Source of the DNA: an uncultured Coriobacteriia bacterium
GTDB lineage: Bacteria > Actinomycetota > Coriobacteriia > Anaerosomatales > JAAXUF01
Assembly (NCBI GenBank): GCA_963803785.1
Contig: CAWDNM010000008.1
Span: 35,411-99,410 of the forward strand
Reading direction: 5' to 3'
Length of the DNA stretch: 64,000 bases
Shown: positions 20,040 to 30,642 of the stretch, piece after piece
Layout of the letters: every line of letters begins with the position of its first letter
Numbering within the stretch: the stretch's first letter is position 1
Notes under the pieces: generated by a model
What the model saw: the letters and a program-made list of their open reading frames with translations, nothing else
Databases searched by the model: none
What the model was told of the DNA's origin: nothing
Position numbers and translations under genes: made by a program

Positions 20040-21645
20040 CTAGACCTTCCGTGGGAAGCGGCGACCGATGACGCGCTCGAACGAGCGTGATCGCCATCGG
20101 CGACCTCGGCGACACCGAAGAGCCGGCCGAGACCGAATGCGACCGCGAGCCCGGCGGCTCCGCCGGCAGCGATCTGGATGAGCGCGCCGACCACGCGGCC
20201 GGAGAGCGGGTCGAGCACCTGCGTGACGCCCCAAGCCACGGCGCCGCCGATGACCGATGCGATGGTCATGCGAGCGAATGTCCAGGCGACGCCGCGCGCA
20301 TCGTAGCCCCCGATGCGGCGCCGTAGCAGGACAGCGAGCGTGATCGAGACGCACAGGTAGAAGGTGACGTCGGCGATGGGCATGCCGTTGATGCCGATGC
20401 CGTGCCACGAGCCGATGCCCGTGGAGAGCAGCCAGTACAGCGCGATCTGAACGCCGCCGGTCAGCGCGAGGTTGACCCACATGGGCGTGCGCGTGTCCTT
20501 CAGCGAGTAGAAGGCGCGCAGCAGGAACATGGTGAGCGCGTAGAAGATCAGGCCACCGGCCCACCACCGCAGCGCGCTCGCCACGAGCGGGACGTCCTCG
20601 GCCGTGAACTCGCCGACTCGGTACAGCGTCACGAGCGGCACCGCGAGCGCCACCATGACCGCCGAGGTCGGCAGCATGAGCACGCCGGTCGAGCGCAAGC
20701 CCCTCGCGAACGTCGTCCTTGAAGGCCATCGTTGTCCTTGCGGCCTGCAGCGTCGGACAGCTCGGTGAAGACGGCGGTGGCCAGTGCGACGGCAAGGATG
20801 CCGTAGGGGAGCTGGTAGAACACCCAGGCATAGGTGAGGACCGAGACGCCGTTCGCGGAGACGGCGAGCGCCGAGGCGTTGCGGAACGAGACGGCCACGA
20901 GGTTGGTGACGACGTAGATGACGGTGGGGACGGCGAGCGTCGAGCATGCGGCGCACGGCAGGGTCGTGCAGCCCGAGTCCGCCCGAGTACCGCCATCCGG
21001 TCTTGAGCACCGCAGGGACCTGCACGGCGAACATCACGAAGACGGCGAGCGTGGTGCCCACGGCGAGGACGACCGGGGCCGGGCCCGGAGGTGAGCGACG
21101 CCCCGGTGACCTTGCCGCCGAGCGCGACGAAGGCGAGCATCGCGCCGATGGCGACCACGTTGTTGAATACCGGGCCGATCGCGGGCCAGAAGTACTGCCG
21201 TCGCGAGTTCAGCAGCCCGGAGATGATCGAGCCTGCGCCGTAGAGCACGACCTGGATGGCGAAGAAGCGGAAGAAGAACGTGGCGGCCGGCACGACCTCG
21301 GACGCCTGCTCGGGCGACATGCGAAACGTCTGCGTCCAGATGAACGGTTCAGGGAAGAGCGTACCGATCAGCGCGAGCGCACCCAGGCAGAGCAGCGGCG
21401 AGGTTGAACACGTGGCTCGTGAACCGCCACGCCTCGTCTTCGCCCTTGCTCTCGCGGAGCTCCATGAACATCGGGATGAACAGCGACGAGATGATGCCGC
21501 CGGCGACGAGCTCGAAGATCATGTTGGGGATGTTGTTCGCGACGCTGTACGCCGACATGAGGCCGGTCGCACCCAGCGCGAACGCCGTGGCCCAGATGCG
21601 CAGGAAGCCTGTGATGCGCGACAGCATGGTGAGTGTCGACATCAT
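20040..21645 (-). CDS. murJ: lipid II flippase MurJ (MviN); >=3 apparent frameshifts
   Basis: Minus-strand fragments: 21349..21834 (MMSTLTMLSRITGFLRIWATAFALGATGLMSAYSVANNIPNMIFELVAGG), 20040..21320 (...FFRFFAIQVVLYGAGSIISGLLNSRRQYFWPAIGPVFNNVV...), 19715..21061 (...LLRAFYSLKDTRTPMWVNL...). ATG is at 21645. Confidence 0.75.
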
Positions 21646-21981
21646 CGCGGTCGAGCGGGCGATGGACGGCTTGCTGATGGCGGATGCCTCCGGGTCGGGC
21701 GACCCGGCGTGAGCCGGGCCGCGCACGGACGTTTCGGCCAGTCTCAGCGGCCCGCACCAGTGTACCCGAGGCACTCGCGTCGCGTCGCGCCCGTCGGCAA
21801 GCGGGCCGTTTCGAAGTCGTCGCCGATGCCGCACGGCGCGTCGAGGCCGTTTTCGCTATACTGGCCTCGGGCACCTTTGCCCGGGACGCGCGCCGTTGCG
21901 CGCCCGCACCGGATCCCCCCTGAGTCGAGCCGAGGCGGCGAGCGTGGCACGAGCGTGCCGTGGCAGCCGCATGGAGCGGGA

Positions 21982-24225
21982 ATGAAGCGAGTCTGGCCGA
22001 TAGTCGCCACGATCGCCGCGCTGACAGCGGCGTGCCTCGTCACCGCTCCCGCACTCGCAGTCGCTGCAGAATCCGCCGACCCGCCCGTGCGGCAGGTCAC
22101 CCTCATCCTCGCGCCCGTACCTCACCTGGGACGACATCTCGCCCACCTCGACGCCCGCGATCTGGCGACTCGCCGAGAAGGGCGCGCTCGCCGGCGTCAA
22201 CGCGCGCAGCCGCGTGCGTGAGCCGGGCCAGGGCGCGACGCCGCTCGAGGGCGCGCTCGCGATCTCCGCGGGCGCTTGGGCGCTGCCCGAGTGGAGCGCG
22301 CCAGCCGCCTTCACGGCGACCGAGACCTATCGCGGGCGGCACCGCGGCCGACGCATACCGGCGCATCTTCGGGCCGAGCATGGCCCCCGCACGCATCGCC
22401 TATCTCGGCCTGCCGATGACGCAGCGCGCCAACGACAAGGGCTCGGTCGACATCGTGCTCGGGCACGCTGGGGCAGGCGGTCCGCGATGCCGGCGGCCTG
22501 ACCGCGGCCATCGGCAACTCCGACATCGGCTTCTCCGAGAGCGACGCCGATCCTCCAGCGTCCCGCCGCGATCGCGGCGATGGATGCGTCCGGACTCGTC
22601 GCCTACGGCGACGTGTCGGTCGACCTGCTCACGCAGTCGAGCAGGCGCCCCGTACGGCAGGTCGACGGATCTTGCGCGCTTCGAGGCCGACGCTCGATCG
22701 CGTGAACGCTGCTCGTCCGCGCTCACAACGGCCCGTCGCTCGTGGTGCTCGACGCGGGCGACCTGTCACGGGCGCGCGACTTCTCGTGGCAGGTCGTCCG
22801 ACGATCGTCGCCGAACGCCAGCGCGCGGAGGCGCTCACGACAGCTCGACGAGGTCGTCGCGATGGCCGATGCCGCGCCGAGGCCCGGACGGTGTCGTGAT
22901 CGTCGCCTCCCAGGCGCTCTTCGCGGATGCCGACGGTGCACCGCAGGGCGTCGGGCCCGCTCGTCATCGCGGGACCGGGCTACTCGGGGTATGCGACGTC
23001 GTCGTCGACGCACCGGCGTGGACTCGTCACGAATCTCGACATCACCGCCACAGTGCTCGACGCGCTCGGCTCGAGCGCCCGGTCCAGGTGCTCGGCAATC
23101 CGATGACGACGCAGCCCGGGCCGGCATCGGTCGATGCGCGCGTCGAGCGTCTGACGCGCACCAACGACGCGTTCATCGCGATCGACGGCCTCAAGACGAC
23201 CGATCGCTGCAGTTGCTGCTCGGCGTCACTGCTCGCCGTGTTCGGCCTGACCGTGCTCGTCTCGTGGCTCGCTCCGCGTCTATCCGATCGGCGCCGTGCG
23301 CACGTGGTCGTCTGCGCTCAAGGCCGGCCTGCTGCTCGTGCTCGCGCTTCCGGCGGCCAGCTGGCTCGCGCTCCTGCTGGTCCCGACCCCGACGTCTCCC
23401 GGAGTCGCGCTCGCCGCGTTCACCACGACCGCCGTGGTGCTCGCGGCTGGCGGCGTTCGTGCTCGGCCGCGACGCCTGCCGCTCCGGGTTCCGGTCGCGG
23501 CTCTGTGCGCTGCTCACCGCGTTCACGCTCATCGCCGAGCAGCTCGTCGGCGCGCCGCTGTCCGATCGTGAGCCTGATCAGCTACTCGCCGCTGCTCGGC
23601 GCACGCTACTACGGCATGGGCAACGAGGCCGCGGCGATGGCGTTCGGCGCGACGCTGATCGGCGTCGCGCTGCTGCTCGACCAGTGGCCCGATGCCGCGG
23701 CCAGCGAGCAGACGCTGCGACGCTGGGGTATCGCGGCGTGCTGGGCGCGGTGTTCGTCGGCGTCGCGGCCGCCCCGTTCCTCGGCGCGAACGTCGGCGTG
23801 GCGATCTGGGGCACCGCCGGCTTCGCGGTCGCGTGGCTGCTGCTTCAGCGGCCGGGCGGTCACGGCTCGAGCGCGTCGCGGCCATCGCGCTGCTCGTCGT
23901 GGTCGTCATCGCGGTCTTCTCGGCTGTCGATCTGTTCGGTCGGGGGAGAGCAGACGCATCTCGGCCGCGCGCTGGCCGGCGCCGAGCAGGGCGGCCTGGG
24001 GACGCTGTGGACGATCGTCGCCCGCAAGGCCGACGCGAACGTCCGCGTGCTCTCGACGACCGGCCTGACCTGGATCCTGGCGGCGGTCGTCGGCCTCGCG
24101 GTGTTCGCCCGTTGGCGGCCGGGCAGCGACTGGCCGGCGCTGCTGGCCGAGAACCCGCACTTCGCCAAGGCGGTGACCGCCGCGACGGTCGCCGGCGTGG
24201 TCGGCGTTCTTCTCGGAGGACTCGG
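21982..24225 (+). CDS. large envelope protein: signal peptide + alkaline-phosphatase/sulfatase-superfamily-like ectodomain followed by polytopic membrane domain; heavily fragmented, boundaries approximate
   Basis: ATG 21982 gives MKRVWPIVATIAALTAACLVTAPALAVAAE (signal). Fragments include ...VIVASQALFADADGAP... and ...LVTNLDITATVLDALG (a sulfatase-family-like C-terminal motif). Multiple TM segments follow (LLAVFGLTVLVSWL, ...YYGMGNEAAAMAFGATLIGVALLL, ...AVFVGVAAAPFLGANVGVAIWGTAGFAVAWLL, ...LTWILAAVVGLAVFARW...). It is divergent from murJ. Confidence 0.4.
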
Positions 24226-25292
24226 GTGTCGTCGATACCCGCGCTCATCGCGCTCTATGTGGGCGTGGCGCTCGCGTGGCTGATGGTCGCGCGGCTTCGG
24301 GCGCGCCATCGAGGGCGGGGGCGGTGGCGAGTGACACCCTGGGTCAGCGACGCGATCACGCTCGCGTTTCGCGGTGCGGGGCGATCGTGGTGCCCTGGGT
24401 CGGCATGCGCATGCTGCGTGCCGACGCTCGAGGCGGCCGACGCGCGTCGGCGGTCACGAACTACCGAGGGCGGCGCGTCGTGTACGGGCTCGGACTCGTG
24501 TGGGTGCTGTGGGTCATCGGCATCCAGCTTCTCGGCCGCGCTGCTCGACGTCGTCTCGTGTCGCTACGTGGTCCGACTGGTCGTTCCCGCCGAGCGGAGC
24601 CGGCATCACGCGAGTCTCGCCGCGCCGGTGCTCGTGCTCGGCGCCTTGCGCTCGGGTTTCGCCGACGACGTCTTCGGTACCTCGGCCGACCGCGGGCTTC
24701 CGCGGCCACCTCGCGGCGCTCCGGCGCGGCCGGCTGACGACCGGTGGGCTCAAGCTGCTGGGGATCGGGCTGCTTGCCGCGGCCGTGACGCTTGCCGCCG
24801 CATCGATGATGCCCGCGCAAACGCCGCTTGCCCGTCGTCGCCGGCGAGTGGGTTCTTGCCACGCTCGCCATCGCGCTGTCGGCCAACTTCGTGAACCTGA
24901 CCGACCTGCGCCCGGGGCGAGCGCTCAAGGTCTACTCGGCGGTCGCGATCGTTCTGGTGGTGCTGCCGGCGGTCTGCGTACGGGTTCACGGGCAGCCTGC
25001 TGGCGCTGATGCCTGCTGCTTGGTCCGGTCGTCGCCGTCTGGCGCTACGATCTCGGCGAGCGGGCCATGCTCGGCGACGCCGGTGCCAACGCCGCCGGCG
25101 CGCTGCTCGGCTGGGTCGCGGTGCAGATGCTCGCCTCGACGTGGATGCTCGCCCTCTACGTCGCGCTCGATGCTCGCCGCTCAACGTCGCCTCCGAGAAG
25201 ATCTCCTTCTCCCGTGTCATCGACGAGAATCGCGTCCTGAGCTGGCTCGATGGGCTCGGCCGGCTGCCGCTCAGCGAACCGGACACTGAGAA
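24226..25292 (+). CDS. glycosyltransferase family 4, MraY/WecA-like polyprenyl-phosphate sugar-1-phosphate transferase; heavily fragmented, boundaries approximate (could be fused to upstream protein)
   Basis: GTG 24226 gives VSSIPALIALYVGVALAWLMVARL.... Later fragments read ...ATLAIALSANFVNLTDLRPGRALKVYSAVAIVLVV... and ...RYDLGERAMLGDAGANAAGALLGWVAVQMLAS.... These resemble the NxxNxxDGxDGL-like and GDxGSxxLG motifs of the MraY/WecA family. Confidence 0.45.
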
Positions 25293-25390
25293 CGCGCGAG
25301 AAATCAAGTCGCGAAGTGGTAACCACAGAGAAGTAGAATCACGTACGGGTCGGGTTCGCACGCGTCGTCTGAAGGAGCTGGGACAGCAAC

Positions 25391-27009
25391 ATGGCAACAA
25401 AGCACATCTTCGTGACCGGAGGCGTCGTCTCCTCGCTGGGCAAGGGCATCACGGCAGCTTCGCTCGGCCGTCTGCTCAAGTCGCGCGGGCTGAAGGTCAC
25501 CATCCAGAAGCTCGACCCGTACCTCAACGTCGACCCCGGCACCATGAGCCCGTTCCAGCACGGCGAGGTCTTCGTGACCGATGACGGCGCCGAGACCGAC
25601 CTCGACCTGGGTCACTACGAGCGCTTCATCGACGAGTCGCTCACCCGCGACTGCAACGTCACCGCCGGCTCGGTCTACCAGACGCTCATCGGCAAGGAGC
25701 GCCGCGGCGACTTCCTCGGCGGCACCGTGCAGGTCATCCCGCACGTCACCAACGAGATCAAGGACCGCATCAACCGCCTCGCCGAGCAGACCCAGCCCGA
25801 CGTCATCCTCACCGAGGTCGGCGGCACCGTCGGCGACATCGAGTCGCTGCCGTTCCTCGAGGCGATCCGCCAGCTCAAGAAGGACAAGGGTCGCGAGAAC
25901 GTCTGCTACATCCACGTGACGCTCGTGCCGTGGATCGCCGCATCCAGCGAGCTGAAGACCAAGCCGACCCAGCACTCGGTCAAGGAGCTGCGCTCGATCG
26001 GTATCACGCCCGACTTCATCGTCTGCCGCAGCGACCGGCCGATCGACGTCGGCATCCGCCGCAAGATCGCGCTGTTCTGCGACGTCGACCCCAAGGCGGT
26101 CATCTCGGCGCTCGACGCGCGCTCGATCTACGAGGTGCCGGAGAACCTGCGCGGCACAGGGGCTCGACGAGATGGTCATCGACCGGCTGCAGCTGGAGTG
26201 CGGAGCGCGTGACATGACCGAGTGGGACACGTTCGTCGCGCACTCGGCGTCGCTGTCCGACGAGGTCAACATCGGCCTGGTCGGCAAGTACGTGCAGCTG
26301 CCCGACGCGTACCTCTCGGTCAACGAGGCGCTCGACCACGCCGGCATCTTCCACGACGTGAAGGTCAACACGCACTGGCTCGACGCCGAGTCGCTCACTC
26401 CCGAGGAGGTCGACCAGCTGCTCGTGAAGATGGACGGCATCCTCGTGCCGGGCGGGTTCGGCATCCGCGGCATCGAGGGCAAGATCCGCGCCGCTTGTTA
26501 CGCGCGCGAGAACAAGGTGCCGTACTTCGGCATCTGTCTCGGGATGCAGGTCGCGGTCGCGGAGTTCGCTCGCCACGTGGCCGGTCTCTCGGGCGCCAAC
26601 TCCGCCGAATTCGATCCCGTCACCGAGCACCCTGTCATCGACCTGATGCTCGACCAGCAGGACGTCGAGGACATGGGCGGCAGCATGCGTCTGGGCACCT
26701 ACCCGTGCAAGGTGGTTCGCCGGCACCAAGGGCCACGCCGCCTACGGCGAGGAGCTGATCTACGAGCGCCACCGCCACCGCTACGAGGTCAACAACGCCT
26801 ACCGCGACCAGCTGACCGAGGCCGGCATGATCATCAGCGGGCTCTCGCCCGACGGCAAGCTCGTCGAGATGGTCGAGCTGCCGGATCACCCGTGGTTCCT
26901 CGGCAATCAGGGGCACCCCGAGTTCAAGAGCCGCCCAACCCGCCCGGCGCCGCTCTTCCGCGACTTCGTCGGCGCCGCCGTCGTCTACAAGAACGGCCGC
27001 GGGGCCTGA
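25391..27009 (+). CDS. pyrG: CTP synthase; 2 apparent frameshifts (~26160, ~26740)
   Basis: ATG 25391 after AAGGAG gives [79 protein letters not shown]. The GATase fragment reads ...[19 protein letters not shown].... The C-terminus in ORF 26827..27009 reads ...[26 protein letters not shown]. Confidence 0.9.
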
Positions 27010-28133
27010 TGAGCGACGAGCGCCTTCTCGAGACCTTCCTCGACCTGGTGCGCATCGAGTCGCCGCCCGGCTTTGAGGCTGCCACCGCGAACTACTGCGC
27101 CCGCGAACTCGAAGCGGCGGGTTGCCGCGTGTGGTTCGACGATGCCGCCGAGGCGACCGGTTCCGACACCGGCAACCTCATCGCAGAGCTGCCGGGCACC
27201 GTGCCCGGGGTGCTGGCGCTCTCGCGCCCACCTCGACGTCGTCGAGCCGTGCCGAGACATCCAGCCGGTCATCACCGACGGCGTGATCCACTCGGCGGGC
27301 CCCACGATTCTCGGGGCCGATGACCGGGCGGGCCTCGCCGCCGCCATCGAGACGGTCCGACGCGTCGCCGAGGCGGGCCGGCCACACCCCGGCCTTCGCG
27401 TCATCTTCACCGTTCAGGAGGAGGTCGGACTGCACGGCGCGAAGTTCCTGCAGCCCGAGGACGTCGCCTGCGACCTGTGCCTCGTGCTCGATGCGGAGGG
27501 CGCACCCGGCGGTATCGTCGTTGGCGCTCCGACGCACTACACGTTCACCGCGGAGTTCCGTGGTCGCGCAAGCCATGCCGGCGTTGCGCCCGAGCTGGGC
27601 GTGAGTGCAATCACGATGGCCGCACACGCCATCTGCGGCGATGGAGCTCGGCAGGCTCGACGAGCGCACGACGGCCAACGTCGGCTCGATCCGTGGTGGC
27701 CGCGCGACCAACGTCGTGACGGCCCGCTGCGACGTGACCGGCGAGTGCCGCTCGCTCGACCGAGAGCGCGTCGAGGTCGGTACGTGCGGCCATGCAGGCC
27801 GCCATGCTTGCGTCTGCCGAGCAGTTCGGCGGCAGCGTCGAGGTGTGCTGGCATCAGGAGTACGAGGGTTTCGAGTTCCCTACCGACAGCCGTGAGATCG
27901 AGCTGGTGTCGGCGGCGATTCGGGATGCCGGATGTGAGCCGACCACGTATCGCACCGGCGGCGGTTCCGACGCCAACGTGCTGGCGACCATGGGTGTGCC
28001 AACACTGGCGCTCGCATGCGGCATGAGCGGGGTGCACGGTACGAGCGAGCAGATCAAGGTGGCCGACCTGCGCTCCCTGGCGCGGATCTGCGAGGCGGTC
28101 GTCGACCGCATGGCTCGGGCGGCGATCGCGTGA
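27009..28133 (+). CDS. M20-family metallopeptidase (peptidase T / ArgE-DapE-like); 3 apparent frameshifts
   Basis: ATG 27009 overlaps the pyrG stop (ATGA) and gives [38 protein letters not shown].... Fragments read ...ILGADDRAGLAAAIETVRR...FTVQEEVGLHGAK and ...RGGRATNVV.... It ends ...GGGSDANVLATMGVPTLALACGMSGVHGTSEQIKVADL...* at 28133. Confidence 0.75.
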
Positions 28134-29113
28134 GGCTCGTCTGGGGCATTGTCTCGGCGGTCGAACGCGACGCGACGGACGTCCAGCACTTGGCGGTTGC
28201 GCTCGACGACGGCACGCGCGGGCGCGCGGTGAGCTATCCAGCGCTCGCGGCCGTGCGCTGTTGCCGACCGCGTTCTTCTCAACACCACGGCTGTCGACCT
28301 GTCGTTGGGAACGGGTGGTCTGCACTTCGTCGTCGCCCGCGCAGGCACGGGGCAGGGCGTGCAGCTCGACGAGCCGAGCGGTGGCCACGTCATGAAGATG
28401 CGCTACACGCCCGTGCAGCACGATGTGCTGTCCGTCGAGTCGCCGGAGAGCCCGCACCACGCCGTGATGGTCGCTGCCGACGATCTCGCGGGCATGCCGG
28501 TCGTCTGCTGCGGTCTTCACAGCCAGGTTCCACTGGTCGCGGCCGCGATCAAGCAGGCCGACTCCGCGCTCCGCGTCGCGTACTGCATGACCGACCAGGC
28601 CGCGTTGCCACTTGCGCTGTCCGACATCGTCGCGGCAAGCGTGGACGCAGGGCTCATCGACACGACGGTGACGTGCGGCCAGTCGTTCGGGGGGCGACTC
28701 GAGGCCGTGAACCTGCATTCAGGTCTGCTCGCTGCGCGGCACGTGGCTCACGCGGACGTCGCGTAGTCGCTGCAATCGGACCGGGCGTCGTGGGAACCGC
28801 CACGCCGTTCGGCCACGGGGGGGTCGCGCAGGGAGAGGCGATCAACGCGGTGTCCGTACTGGGAGGGACTGCCGTGGCCTGCCTACGCGTTTCATTTGCG
28901 GACAGCCGAGAGCGGCATCGCGTCGTCAGCCACCACACGCTCTCGGCACTCACGCGCGTGGCGCTCGCGCCGGCGTTCGTCGCCGTGCCGACACTCCCGG
29001 ATGACTATGCCGAGCAGCTCGAATCCACGCTCGACAGCGCAGGAGTCTGGAAGCGCCACAGGCGCGCCGATGCTCGCTCGGGCGCCATCCCGGCACCGAC
29101 CTGCAGGGCGTGA
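28130..29113 (+). CDS. conserved hypothetical protein (possibly DUF3866-like); 2 apparent frameshifts
   Basis: GTG 28130 overlaps the upstream stop. Joined fragments read VRLVWGIVSAVERDATDVQHLAVALDDGTRGRAVSYPALAAV.., ..LGTGGLHFVVARAGTGQGVQLDEPSGGHVMKMRYTPVQHDVLSVESPESPHHAVMVAADDLAGMPVVCCGLHSQVPLVAAAIKQAD.., ..SVLGGTAVACLRVSFADSRERHRVVSHHTLSALTRVALAPAFVAVPTL.. No confident family assignment from sequence alone. Confidence 0.4.
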   Translation: MRLVWGIVSAVERDATDVQHLAVALDDGTRGRAVSYPALAAVRCCRPRSSQHHGCRPVVGNGWSALRRRPRRHGAGRAARRAERWPRHEDALHARAARCAVRRVAGEPAPRRDGRCRRSRGHAGRLLRSSQPGSTGRGRDQAGRLRAPRRVLHDRPGRVATCAVRHRRGKRGRRAHRHDGDVRPVVRGATRGREPAFRSARCAARGSRGRRVVAAIGPGVVGTATPFGHGGVAQGEAINAVSVLGGTAVACLRVSFADSRERHRVVSHHTLSALTRVALAPAFVAVPTLPDDYAEQLESTLDSAGVWKRHRRADARSGAIPAPTCRA

Positions 29114-29380
29114 AGGTCACGACCATGCGCCGCGGATTCTCTGACGATCCCGCATTCTTTTTCGCAGCCTATGCCGCCGGTGAGGTTGCCGCACGCTCAA
29201 ACGGGCATAAAGTAACGGATAATCGCTGACGCCCAGCACGCACTTATGCAGTTTGAGCCGCTTTGCATTCATTATCGCAAGTTGTAGACTGGTCGAGGTT
29301 TGACCCGCGCGACCAGCGTCCCGCCAGATCTCGCGTCAGCGAACGGCGGTTGATGGCCGACTGAGAAAGGGAGTGCGCAC

Positions 29381-30500
29381 GTGATCGTTGGAGTCCCGAA
29401 GGAGATCAAGAACAACGAGTTTCGCGTTGGCATGACGCCGCGGCTCGGTGCGCGAGTTCGTGCACCACGGCCACGACCGTGGTCGTCGAGAAGAGCGCCG
29501 GCGAGGGCTCGTCGTTCACCGACGCCGAGTACGTCTCGGCGGGTGCACAGATGCTCGACACGGCCGCCGAGGTCTTCGCCACGGCCGACATGATCGTCAA
29601 GGTCAAGGAGCCGCAGGCTGTCGAGATCGCGATGCTGCGTCCCGGCCAGATCCTCTACACCTACCTCCACCTCGCGCCCGACTACGAGCAGACGATGGGC
29701 CTGATCGCCTCAGGTGCGGTCTGCATCGCGTACGAGACGGTCGAGCTCCCGAACGGCTCGCTCCCGCTGCTCGCGCCGATGTCTGAGGTCGCAGGACGCA
29801 TGGCCACCATCGTCGGCGCTCAGTATCTGCAGAAGACCCTTCGGCGGTCGCGGCGTTCTCATGGGCGGCGTCCCCGGAGTGCTGCCCGCCAAGCGTCGTC
29901 GTTCTCGGCGCCGGAGTGGTCGGCCTGAACGCGACGTACATGGCGATCGGCATGGGCGCTGACATCACGGTCATGGACATCAACATGGACCGTATCCGCT
30001 ACATCGACGATCTCTGGGGCAACCGCGTCCGCACGCTCTACAGCAACCGCACAACATCGAGCAGGCCGTCTACGACGCCGACCTCGTCATCGGCGGCGTG
30101 CTGCTGCCGGGAGCTCACGACGCCGTACCTCGTCACCGCCGACATGGTGCCCAACATGAAGAAGGGCGCCGTGGTCGTGGACGTCTCCGTCGACCAGGGC
30201 GGTTGCATCGAGACGACGCACGCCACGACGCACGCCGATCCGACCTTCTTCGTGGACGGCGTCCTGCACTACGGCGTCGCCAACATGCCCGGTGCCGTGC
30301 CCAACACCTCCACGCACGCGCTCAACAACGCCACGCTGCGCTACGGACTCGCCATCGCCGACAAGGGCTGGAAGCAGGCGGTCCTCGACGATGCTGCGCT
30401 CGCCAAGGGCGTCAACGTCCTCGACGGCAAGGTCACCTACAAGCAGGTCGCCGAGGCCCACGGTCTCGACTACGTCGAACTCGAGTCGCTGCTGGCCTAG
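29381..30500 (+). CDS. ald: alanine dehydrogenase; 2 apparent frameshifts
   Basis: GTG 29381 gives [20 protein letters not shown]. Fragments read ...[31 protein letters not shown]... and ...[30 protein letters not shown] (NAD-binding GxGxxG). The C-terminus reads ...[42 protein letters not shown]... and stops at 30500. Confidence 0.85.
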
Positions 30501-30528
30501 GGCCAGCAGCTCAACGCTCGGTATCTGC

Positions 30529-30555
30529 GAGGCCGCTCCCTTTCGGGGCGGCCTC
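30529..30555 (+). terminator. perfect GC-rich hairpin downstream of ald (no U-tract)
   Basis: gaggccgc-tccctttcg-gggcggcctc forms a 9-10 bp perfect stem. A second small palindrome gctggcctagggccagc spans the stop codon. Confidence 0.45.
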
Positions 30556-30642
30556 GCTGCGCGTTGCCCGTCGGCATCGCACGAAAGGGTATGAGAGTCT
30601 ACGATGGCTGTAACGCACTGAGCGTCAGCAGAGGGGGAGACC

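Noticed and set aside
21960-24068. 702-aa ORF (and similar long Arg/Pro/Ala-rich ORFs: 13288..14892 minus, 15799..17340 minus, 9335..10609 minus, 56840..58393 minus, 22742..24283 plus)
   Set aside because: Their composition is extreme (runs of R, P, A, G) with no motifs. They lie in alternative frames or antisense to well-supported genes (dxs, recN, accC, pstS, the sulfatase-like gene). Long stop-free off-frames are expected at ~70% GC, so these are artifacts.
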